A DNA stretch of 60,000 bases from Felis catus (lineage: Eukaryota), in contig NC_058383.1 in the NCBI RefSeq assembly GCF_018350175.1, forward strand, positions 11,906,001 through 11,966,000. Reading direction: 5' to 3'. Each line of letters begins with the position of its first letter. Position 1 is the first letter of the stretch. Below are positions 37,096-47,473 of the stretch, in pieces. The notes beneath the pieces are model-generated. The model had not been told where the DNA came from. It saw nothing but the letters and a program-made list of their open reading frames with translations, and did no database searches. The translations under genes were made by a program, and so were the position numbers.

Positions 37096-39786
37096 GAGCA
37101 TGTTATTTTCTTGAGTTGTTGGGTGCAAGTCACAAGGGGGCTGGTGCCTGGCTCATTCCGTGAAGAAGCGTAAATTAAAAAAGCATCAAGTCTTTGAGCA
37201 CTTGCTTACTAGAGAGACAGGAGGGCATAGTGCTTAAAGCAGTTTGTGTATGTGCAGATGGGGGTGGGAATGGGGGCCAGCAAATGCCCTGTGTCCTCCT
37301 CCTGCAGCTCCAATCCTGGTCATGCCATTTAATGGCTGGGCCAAACTACCTAACTGTGTCTGCCTTAGGCTCCTAACCTGTGGAGCCAGTCCCGAGAGGG
37401 TATGAAGACATCTCCGGACGGCCATCAGCAAAGCACTGAGAACGACGTCAACGCCTCGTAAGCGCTCCGTCAACGGTAGCCATTATTGTAACGCACCCAT
37501 TCCCGTTAGGGGTATTTTTAAGGATGCACGAGAAAAATACATCCTTACCCGTGGGAATATCTTATTATTTCATTGGAGAAGAAGATTAAAGTGCAAGGGA
37601 ACAGGGGTGAAGAGTGAAAGTGAGCACAGGCCCCTTTGGAAAACATTCCCCATCAACTAAAGCCGAGCAAAAAGTCGGGGGTAGAGTGGATTCTGAATAC
37701 GTGTTTAAGTATTCCATTAATTATTCGACAGAAGGGCCAACGTCGGCGGGAGGTAAAGTGGAGACGTTGGAAATAAGACCGCCTAAGATGATTTGATGAC
37801 CGAAAGTGGCGGGGGGGGGGTGGACCGAATCCCAAAGGATTCGGTCAGATTTGGATTTGTGAGGGAAGAGGAGAAGAGCATACGTAGCAGGTGGATGAAT
37901 ACTCGGAAGGGAGGGCTGTATTCACAGGACGCGGAGAAGCCCGGCTGTAGAGGAAATCAGACAGGCGGCAAGGAGCCATATTACAGGTGATTCCTGAATT
38001 AAACTGTAGTGTTCACCTCGGCCTTCGACACCAAGCTCTCCCACATAACGTATGTAACTGAGTTCTCCCTCCTGGGACAACTGTTGGATCTATCATTTCA
38101 CTCTTGGGGGGACGTGGCGACAAGGTGATTTGGGATTCTGTTCACTTACACAGCCCCCTCAGAGCAGCTCCAAGGAAATTGTTTAAATGTTGACCCCTTC
38201 CCCGCTAAATGTTCATTGGGTAACATTAAGTCTGATATACAAGGAATTGGAAAACTTGCATGCACGCAAAACCCGACATGCAAATGTTCGTGGCAGCTTT
38301 ATTTGTAATCACTAAAACTGGAGGCAGCTGCGATGCTCTTCTACAGGTGAATAAACAAACTGTGGTATGTCTATACAGGAAAATACTACGCAACGATCAA
38401 CAGGAGCAAATGGGCAAGCCACAAAAAGACACGGATGCATCTTAAACACACATCGCTAGGTGAAAGAAGCCAGTCTGAAAGGGCTACATATGAACGATGC
38501 CCTCCCTACGATGTTCTAGAATAGACCAAACTATAGAGATTGCAGACAGATCAGTGGTTGCCACGGGATTCGGGGAAGGGAGTGGGGGCTGAAGAGAGGA
38601 GGCACGTGGGGTTTTGGAAGGTGGCCAAAGCAACCTGTGTGATCCTGTGATGGCAGATACATGACACACGCTCGATATTGGCTAAAAGCCGTAGAGCTTT
38701 ACAACACAAAGGGCGAAGCTTCATGCGGGCAAATAAAAGGAGTCAGGTAGGAATTCGGGGGATCCCAGGATGGAACACAGAATGTGACCCCCAAAGCCCT
38801 CTAAATTACAGATGTGTGAGGCAACCCCAATAAGGAGGATGGGGAGGGGAGACGCTAACCTAAGACAGTTTGAAAAAGAGTAGACACAAAGCCCAGCCTC
38901 TAGAATTTCCATGGGGGGGCCTAGGTGCTGCTCAGACTATAGGTCACATTCACCCCCCTTAACCTTTAGGAAGCCTTTCCAGCCTTAGCCTTGTAAGTTA
39001 GCCAATTACCCTTGGTGTCCCCTGCGCCCTTTGCCCAGACACTAGACACGTCTTAAGCATCCGTGGGATATGTAAACTGGGGACTGTCATCCAGACACGG
39101 CTACCCCAAGCTACGTAGAGATTTCTCCTTCAGGTCCCACAATTACTTGGGGCAGCAAACCAAGGTAGAGCTGAGCAGAAGGCAGTGGCAGCTGAGTGTA
39201 AGCGGGTCAACAGCCCATGGTGCCTTTCCAGGCCATGCATGCCATCCTTTGAATTCGATTAGTAAGCCAAGAGCAGTGGAGAGGCACGTCATCACGGTCC
39301 GTCACCGAGCCGCCCAGCTTGCCACACCAATCATTTTGAAACGTACCTGGGGTTCGCTCTCATCAGGTATGATAAGACGACAGACACGGAGACGACTACC
39401 TTGAGAGAAGAGTTTACCACTTACCATTCCCAAGAGGAGGGGGGACGTCACGTCACACAGGGGCCACAAGAGGAGGCACCAGGGTCGGTCAGAGCCGGAG
39501 TGAGAGGGAATCGCCAACAGGAGTCTTCCTTCTGGAGCGGTGGCAAGTTTTCAGTCACCGACGTTCCCTGTGGGGCAGGAAGCAAAGCACGGATGTTGGG
39601 ATCTGCGGTTGGAAGGGGTGAAATGTGACTTCTGTGTGCCTACAACCCCCAGGCGCGGTAAGGATTCTGACTCATGACTCCAAGACGGCAAATAGTCAAC
39701 TACAGGTGATCAAGGTTGATCATTACGATGGGATCCTGAAGCAACAAAGAAAGAAAAGGGCGTTAGGCAAAACGTAAGGAAATCTT

Positions 39787-40014
39787 GGGGCGCCTGGGTG
39801 GCTCAGTCGGTTGAGCGTCTGACTTCGGCTCAGGTCATGATCTCGCAGCCCGTGAGTTCGAGCCCCGCGTCGGGCTCTGGGCTGACGGCTCCGAGCCTGG
39901 AGCCTGCTTCGGATTCTGTGTCTCCCTCTCTCTCTGCCCCTCCCCTGCTCATGCTCTGTCTCTCTCACTCTCAGGAATGAATAAATGTTAAAGAAAAGAA
40001 ATGAAAAAAAAAAA
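39787..40014 (+). mobile_element. Feline Can-SINE
   Basis: Full element; GTAAGGAAATCT duplicated on both flanks. Confidence 0.96.
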
Positions 40015-40095
40015 GTAAGGAAATCTGAATAAAGCATAGAATTTAAGGCATCACGACGTAGCAATATTCATTCATGAATTAGGAAAAACTAGCAT

Positions 40096-40300
40096 CTTTT
40101 TTTTTTAAGTTTATTTATTTTGAGAGAGAAAGAGAGAGCACAGGGAGGGGCAGAGAGAGAGGAAGGGAGAGAATCCCAAGCAGGCTCTGTGCTGCCAGTG
40201 CAGAGCCCGACGTGGGGTTCAATCTCACGATCCATGGGATAATGACATGAGCTGAAACCAAGAGTCAGTCGCTTAACTGACTGAGCCACCCAGGCTTCCC
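40096..40300 (-). mobile_element. Can-SINE
   Basis: T tail, GAGAATCCCAAGCAGGCTCTG ... GACTGAGCCACCCAGGC. Confidence 0.93.
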
Positions 40301-40439
40301 ACCAAGGTACCATCCCAATATAGAGTGACAGTTCTAGAGGACATAGGAAAACTTGGGAACGCTCTGGTGCTATCTTTATAACTTTTCTGTAAATCTTCAA
40401 CTTTTCCAAAGTAAAAGTTGATGTCACAAAACTAACTGA

Positions 40440-40523
40440 GACCGAGTGTGGGCGGAGGAGGGGCAGAGAGAGAGAGAGAGAGGGAGACACAGAATCCGAA
40501 GCAGCTTCCAGGCTCCGAGCTGC
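40440..40523 (-). mobile_element. Can-SINE internal fragment
   Basis: GGGGCAGAGAGAGAG...GGAGACACAGAATCCGAAGCAGCTTCCAGGCTCCGAGCTG. Confidence 0.8.
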
Positions 40524-40751
40524 CGTGGAAGGGGGTGGTTAAGAGATGCATCTGGAAAGGAACAGTAGGGCTCTAGCCATTAGGAAGCACTTGATGAACA
40601 TTTGCTGAAGAACTGAAGGAATGAATGGATGAATGACCAGAAGCTGAAAGTTCCTGTGTGATTTCCAGAGTCTCAAGTTTACTGCATAGGCCACAGGGAG
40701 CCACCTGAGGTTTCGAGAGGGGGCGTGACCCGATGTGTTGGCCATTAGACA

Positions 40752-40932
40752 CTTGCCCCTCCAAAGTTTGGTCCATGGACCAGGTGGTTCACGCAACATC
40801 GGCGTTACCTGAGCGCTTGCAAGAGCCACAGAAGCTGAGGTCAGACCCCAGAGGCACTGAATCTGACTCTGCATTTCACCAAGATCCCCCCGGGTGCTTC
40901 CTCCGCACGTTTCAATTCCAGAAGAGTCGCTT
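40752..40932. mobile_element. MER5-like DNA transposon relic
   Basis: CCAAAGTTTGGTCCATGGACCAG ... CACTGAATCTGACTCTGCATTTCACCAAGATCCCCCCGGGTG. Confidence 0.7.
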
Positions 40933-42559
40933 TCTTGAGATCACTTTGTTGGTAGAGGGGGGAAAAAGTCTTCTGATTTTGTTGGGTTGTGTTTTTGTTT
41001 TGTTTCATTTTGCAACAAAAAAAGGGGGGGAGGGGGGAGGAAGGGAAAGAGGGAAGGGGAGGAAGGATGGAGAGCAGGTATATTGTGGGACAAATACACA
41101 GCCTTTGTGGGACAAATACAGTAGCCCCCCTGACTACTTTCTTCCACTGAGGTGCTGTGAGACGCAGTATCTCTAACTGGAAGGCTTCGGATCCTGGTCA
41201 GTTTCCTGCGGAGGGAGGTGGGCAGCCTTTGAAGGGGCTGCTGGGGAAACTGAGGACAGGGTAGGGGAGAACGGGACGGACCACCGGCGGCACGGCGCCC
41301 GGTGAACGTGGAACCCTTCTCCCCTCTGCCAACAGCTGAAACCTACACTCCATTTCCAGGAAAGTGGTCGTCGGGCTGGCCGCTGGGGGAAATCAAAGGC
41401 TCAGCGGGCCTCCGTAATGCACCCTCATTTTGTGCAGCCAGAGCAGAGGATGGGACAGAAGGGTACAAACGTCCCCCGCTCCCGCCAGCCCATCTGGCCC
41501 CTCTGTCCCCGGCCCTGCACGCTTGCCCGGGGCGGCCCAAATCTGGGCTCGTGCAGGGAAAGCAAATGGGAAGGTCTGGCCGCCTCGGCCCAGGTGCAGG
41601 CGGCTGCATCGAGTGACCCGCTTCTACTGCCTCATCTACACTGCCTGTGCTGCTGGGGCGTCCTCCTCGGAGACACGCTCATCGAGATCTGTTATATTTA
41701 CCCACGAAACACCGCGTGATAACGGCATCCTTATGTCTCAGCCTCTTATTTGAGACGAAAGATCTACCAGAGCCTTGCTCGCCTGATTGGCGCCCTGGGT
41801 TCAGCGGTCACTCGGGGAGCACGGGCAGGGCTGTATGTGGGGTTTTGTCCTCTCCCTCCCCTTCGTCGTTGGGCTGCTGAGAACGGAGCTCATTCTCCAG
41901 TACAGCCTGGCAGTCACTCAATTGCTCTGTGCCAGGCGTGTTCACACATCTCTTCCTTGAAGCGCCTCACGAAGCGCCCTGGAAGGTGGCCCCCTTGTCC
42001 CGAGTTTACGGACAGGGACATCGATGCCAGCAGCATGGATGGCATTCTGCCCAAGGCCGGGCTCTTCCCTCGGCATTGCTAGTGACAGGACGAACTCGGG
42101 GTCAAAATCCACTCAAAGGCACGGTCCTGGTTTCCTGGGGTCGAAATCTCTTGGAGGAACCCTCCCTCCGGAAGAGTGCCAAGTTTATAATGGGACACCA
42201 AAGCCTCACGGGTGTTAGAGTTTTGGGTTTCCGGAACTCTCCATGATATATCTCAATGCTCGCGACCAGAAGAACTCCAGGGCTAGGTCAGTATCCCCAG
42301 CTTCTGGAGACAGGGACTGAGCCCCGCAGAGAACAAGCCAGCAGCGTGGCCCCATAGGGAAGAGATCTGGAAGAACGGAGGGGTGTCGAGGTACCCCACC
42401 CTCCCACCTGCGTGCACGGGCTCATGAGTTCACCCAGCAGGAATTGGAATGTGTGGCTTGGGATTGAGGAGGCAGAACTGGAAAACAATGACTGTTGCCT
42501 TTGAAAATCTGAATATTGCCAAGAGGGGGAAATAGCAGCCTTGTTTTATGTGCACGTGT

Positions 42560-42561
42560 GG

Positions 42562-42597
<36 letters not shown>
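42560..42597. repeat. (GT)n microsatellite
   Basis: Directly visible. Confidence 0.95.
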
Positions 42598-42601
<4 letters not shown>

Positions 42602-43125
42602 CAGAAAGCATACGAGGAGTAAGACAATCCAGCCTCTGAATGGGTCTCTGATGAATTGAGTCACCCTCTAGCTCAGTTAGATTCAGTTAAACACAGAGAC
42701 AGGAGCCCTGAGCAGGGCGTATTGTGAGAACCAGAGTGCCCGACAAAGCGACCGGCTACCAGAGGTGCTATTTGTCTGACGGTGTCATCGACTCAGTGTG
42801 AGGGAAGTCCACGGGATGATGATCGCCCAAGACTGAGATTCCCAAACCCATTGGGGAGCCGCACCCTGGCCCCCTTGCTCCCCTGGACCACATAATAAAG
42901 GTACTAGGTATGGGGCACAGAGCTGGGTGGACGGTTGTTGGTAGCAAGGTGGAAGCATTTAAGCTGGTGCCACACTTACCATCTTTGAGCCTCGTCTTAA
43001 GGGAATCCATCCAAGATCCTAAAGAGAGTGACCGCCAGACTCTGAAAACCTTGGTATTCCAAGAAACTGAGTAAACAGAACCATCAAGGGCCAATGGCTA
43101 AAAGAAGACATGGCCTAGCCATGGT

Positions 43126-44199
43126 CACACTCAACCCCACAGAGAGGCCATATTCAACCCCACAGAGAGGCCATATTCAACCCCACAGAGAGGCCATACT
43201 CAACTCCACAGAGAGGCCATACTCAACCCCACAGAGAGGCCATACTCAACCCCACAGAGAGGCCATACTCAACCCCACAGAGAGGCCATACTCAACCCCA
43301 CAGAGAGGCCATACTCAACCCCACAGAGAGGCCCATACTCAACCCCATAGAGAGACCATACTCAACTCCACAGAGAGGCCATACTCAACCCCACAGAGAG
43401 GCCATACTCAACCCCATAGAGAGGCCATACTCAACCCCACAGAGGCCCGTACTCAACCCCATAGAGAGGCCATACTCAACCCCATAGAGAGGCCATACTC
43501 AACTCCACAGAGAGGCCATACTCAACCCCACAGAGAGGCCATACTCAACCCCACAGAGAGGCCATACTCAACCCCACAGAGAGGCCATACTCAACCCCAC
43601 AGAGAGGCCATACTCAACTCCACAGAGAGGCCCATACTCAACCCCATAGAGAGACCATACTCAACTCCACAGAGAGGCCATACTCAACCCCACAGAGAGG
43701 CCATACTCAACCCCACAGAGGCCCGTACTCAACCCCATAGAGAGGCCATACTCAACCCCATAGAGAGGCCATACTCAACTCCACAGAGAGGCCATACTCA
43801 ACCCCACAGAGAGGCCATACTCAACCCCACAGAGAGGCCATACTCAACCCCATAGAGAGGCCATACTCAACCCCACAGAGGCCCGTACTCAACCCCATAG
43901 AGAGGCCATACTCAACCCCACAGAGAGGCCATACTCAACTCCACAGAGAGGCCACACTCAACCCCACAGAGAGGCCATACTCAACTCCACAGAGAGGCCA
44001 CACTCAACCCCACAGAGAGGCCATACTCAACCCCACAGAGAGGCCATACTCAACTCCACAGAGAGGCCATACTCAACCCCACAGAGAGGCCACACTCAAC
44101 TCCACAGGGAGGCCATACTCAACCCCACAGAGAGGCCCGTACTCAACCCCATAGAGAGGCCCGTACTCAACCCCGTAGAGAGGGCCGTACTCAACCCCA
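43126..44199. repeat. 23-bp minisatellite/VNTR, unit CCATACTCAACCCCACAGAGAGG, about 46-47 copies
   Basis: Head-to-tail units with no spacers; the 23-aa period in the translation equals 3 units. Confidence 0.98.
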
Positions 44200-44489
44200 G
44201 TGTGGACAGCTGGCATGGAGAAGCTGCCAGAAGCATGCGGAAGTGACATCAGTTTAGCCTCCGTGGTGGTAGCAGCCCTCATGTGACTCAGCGTGGGCAA
44301 GGGTGGCGAGACGAGAGCCATGATGGCAGTGTCCAGCTGTGACACTGGAGCAGTCCATGGAACAGGAGGCAGGACTGAGTCCCGAAGGGCAGGATGGAGT
44401 GGCGGGCCTTCTCAGATGATGCCCGAGGGACCCCCACCCACTGGAGACCAGCAGGTCCCCTCTCTTACTTGATTATATCTTACTCAAAC

Positions 44490-44898
44490 TTTTTTTTTAG
44501 AAAGCTGATTTATTTATTTATTGAGAGAGAGTGTTAGAGGGGAAGGGGCAGAGAGAGGGAGAGACAGAATCCCAAGCAGGCTCCTCACTGTCATCACAGG
44601 GCCCGATGCGGGGCTTGAACTCATGAACCACCTGAGCCAAGATCAAGAGTAAGTACACTTGGGGCGCCTGGGTGGCTCGGTCGGTTGAGCGTCCAACTTC
44701 AGCTCAGGTCATGGTCTCGCGGTCCGTAAGTTCGAGCCCCGCGTCGGGCTCTGTGCTGACAGCACAGAACCTGCTTCAGATTCTGTGTCTCCCTCTCTCT
44801 CTGCCCCTACACAGCTTATACTCTGTCTTTCTCTCAAAAATAAGTAAACATTGAAAAATATTTTTTAAAAAAAGAGTCAGACGCCACCCCAGGATCCC
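44490..44898 (-). mobile_element. Older Can-SINE split by a nested SINE (parts 44490-44660 and 44872-44898)
   Basis: Antisense body runs to CCAAGATCAAGAGT...; the head remnant AAGAGTCAGACGCCACCCCAGG resumes after the inner element. Confidence 0.8.
44661..44871 (+). mobile_element. Feline Can-SINE nested inside an antisense SINE
   Basis: GGGGCGCCTGGGTGGCTCGGTCGGTT head to A tail; AAGAGT.AG flanks both sides. Confidence 0.93.
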
Positions 44899-45579
44899 TA
44901 TACCATATTCAACCTTTAAAACCCAGCTCCAAGGACACTCCCTGAAGCATTCTTTTCTAGAAATGGGTCATCCTCTGAACTCCTGGAGCTCCCAGAGCTC
45001 TTAACCTTACTGTGCATAATATCTTCCATCCTGTACTTTGGCTGGCTGTGGTCCATTTGCCCCAATTAATTTTTCTAGACCACAGCCACCTGTCTTGTGT
45101 CCCTCTGTCCCCTTTACATTGAACATCTCTTTTTAGATCAAGAGACCTCCTCTCCGAATCCACCCAGCCTGAGCCCATAGGGTGATCTTGTTTTGAATGA
45201 ATGGCTGCATGCGTGATAAAGGCGAGAGGGAGGCTGGGTCAGGGAGGGAGATGGGGTGCTTTTGAGTCCTCTGGGAAAGAAATTGATGAGGCTTTGGCCT
45301 CATTTTCCCAGGAGGGGTCCAGGCTTGCTCACAGTGGGTGAGCCAAGAGAGGGAGGGGGCGAGACGGCCAGGGCAGGTGCATCGGGGCGCATCAGTTCGA
45401 CAGGGAGGAAATGCCCTTGACAGGGGCAGCGTGCTCAAGGGGCCCGGCCCTGGGTATGCGCCGTTCCAGCTGCGTTCCCAGGAATTAAGAGGCAGAGAAG
45501 GCAGGGGAAGGGACTCATCTCAGAGCCTGGCGGGTGAGGGGACAGGAAGGGGGGCGGGCGGGGGGTGGCGACAACACCT

Positions 45580-45855
45580 CGGCTGACTAATTAAAGCCTT
45601 TGGTAGCTGGCCCCCACCAGCTCGAGCAGATTATCACTGCTGACTCAGCTCCCCGCCAAGGCCAGACGCACGCTCCCTTTTTTCCTGCTTGATTTGCCTA
45701 ATGGAAGCTGACAGTGAAGTTCAACCCTGATTGTCAGATTTCAGTAGGAACCTCAAGGAGGGGGGGAGAGGAAGGCAGACATTCGAGGAATAAAAATAGC
45801 TCACATAATGAGATCCTTTATTTAGCTGAACTGCTTCTTTAATGACTCACCTCTC
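45580..45855. promoter_or_regulatory. Candidate enhancer (motif cluster)
   Basis: TAATTA 45588, GATA site (TTATCA) 45631, Maf/NF-E2-type TGCTGACTCAGC 45638-45649, TGACAG 45709, MEF2-like ATAAAAATAG 45790, second AP-1 TGACTCA 45843; non-repeat context; motif evidence only. Confidence 0.4.
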
Positions 45856-45857
45856 CG

Positions 45858-45883
45858 TCCCTCCCTCCCTCCCTCCCTCCCTC

Positions 45884-45919
<36 letters not shown>

Positions 45920-45928
45920 GCACACACA
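45858..45928. repeat. Compound (CCCT)n(CT)n(CA)n microsatellite
   Basis: Directly visible. Confidence 0.95.
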
Positions 45929-46481
45929 GTTGTGCACACAAATGTCTGATTTGCACGTAGAGCTTGCCTCGGTCCTGTAGGAAAGAGGCCATCCATCCTG
46001 GACCACACGGTCTGCAAAAGCAGATGTCCCTTAATGGCAAAGTTGGGAGATATTTCCCCTCATCCCTCTAACCAGAATTGCTGCTCCCCAGGCTCATTCA
46101 ATGGTCCAGTTTCCAATATGTGACCCAGGAAATCGGTCCGGCCGGCACAACCAAACACACGGGTAGGCCCTCGCGACCCTGGCTGGTTCCTCATCCATCT
46201 GTGCCTCTGGCTCTGTGAACTGAGGTCTCGAAGGTCCGGATCACTTCTTAAAACCTGAGCTCCTGATCAGAAGGGTCAGGCTGACCGCTTGTGAGGAGGA
46301 AACAAAATGGCGCAAGGAAGCCTCCAGATACTCCGTGTGACACGGCGTCTGGGCAAGAATGCCATTGCCCTCCCTCCTCTGCTGTGCAGTTTGCTCTCCG
46401 TGAGGTCACAGGAAGTCACCTGCTAATTGTACGTGCCCGGATTAAAAACCTAGCTCTAAAATGGGAGGTTGAGGGCACCTG

Positions 46482-46620
46482 GGTGGCTCAGTCAGTTGAG
46501 CGTCCGGTTCTCGGTTCCGGTTCAGGTCGTGATCTCAGGGCTGTTGGATGGAGCCCCACGTGGGGCTCCGCTCCACGCATGGGATTCTCTCTCTCCCTCT
46601 GTGCCCCTCCTCCAGTCATG

Positions 46621-46658
<38 letters not shown>

Positions 46659-46700
46659 CTCTCTGTCTTAAGACAAATAAATAAGCTTAAAAAAAATAAA
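46482..46700 (+). mobile_element. Older Can-SINE
   Basis: AGGGCACCTGGGTGGCTCAGTCAGTT head, CT tract, A tail; degenerate TSD AAAATGGGAGGT / AAAACGAGAGGT. Confidence 0.9.
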
Positions 46701-47236
46701 ACGAGAGGTGGGATCGTAATGCAGGCAGTTCTGCGTGTTTGTGAGCGCCGTGCACTGATGTTCGACGTCAGTATCCTGGGTCATATTTGCGTGTGCTGAT
46801 GAGGAGGGGATCTGGGGACCCCAGTAGGGCCACATGGGCCTGGACTAGGGTGGGACTCTCTGAATGAGCGCCTCCTCATGCTTTGTCCCCCGTATGCCTC
46901 CCACGGCTGAGGGCCACGTGAGGGAGAGACAGAAAGGCCGGCGGTCGGCATGATGTGACTCCATCGTCCTGAAGGTAGGGCTGAACAAAGACCGTCTCAC
47001 GCTAGCTAATGGCTCAAGAAGAGAATTCCAGAGGGCAAGTTCCGATCTACTGCCTACAGCCAACCCAGCCTCACGGATTCCCAAACCCAGTGGGGAAAGG
47101 CAGGCCAGAGGTGACAAGAAGGTCACTCTTAAAAATTGAGCTGTGGAGCATCTTGCAGAGCGTTTTTTTCCCCCTTTGAATGTAGACAGTGTTTTTCTTT
47201 TCTCTTTATTTTTCTTCCCCTACTCTAACAAAATCC

Positions 47237-47473
47237 TTTTTTTTAATGTTTTAATTTAATTTTTATTTTGTTTTATTTTATTTTATTTTAGAGAGAGAGA
47301 GCATGAGTGGGGAAGAGAGGCAGAGACAGAGAGAGAAAGAGGGAGAGAATCTTAATCAGGCTCCATGCTCAGCACAGAGCTTGACGTGGGGCTCAATCCA
47401 ACGACCCTGGGATTGTGACCTGAACCAAAATGAAGAGTAAGACGCTCAGCTGACTGAGCCGCCCAGGCGCCCC
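47237..47473 (-). mobile_element. Can-SINE
   Basis: (TTTTA)n tail ... GACTGAGCCGCCCAGGCGCCC; CTCTAACAA duplicated. Confidence 0.92.

Larger units (their letters stand above)
38240..40420 (+). mobile_element. L1MC3/L1MD-like 3' region, fragmented, with two SINE insertions
   Basis: AATGTTCGTGGCAGCTTTATTTGTAAT, GTGAAAGAAGCCAGTCTGAAAGGGCTACATA, GGATCCCAGGATGGAA, terminal AACTTTTCTGTAAATCT...AAAGTAAAAGTT; the middle (about 38910-39520) is not clearly L1. Confidence 0.65.

Noticed and set aside
41200..42330. CpG-island promoter or coding exons in a GC-rich repeat-free stretch
   Set aside because: CpG density looks only modestly above the already high local background, and the overlapping ORFs have no recognisable protein features; cannot be supported from sequence alone
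43126..44199. CRISPR-like array of 23-bp repeats
   Set aside because: Units are head-to-tail with no unique spacers, there are no cas genes, and the context is mammalian; it is a minisatellite
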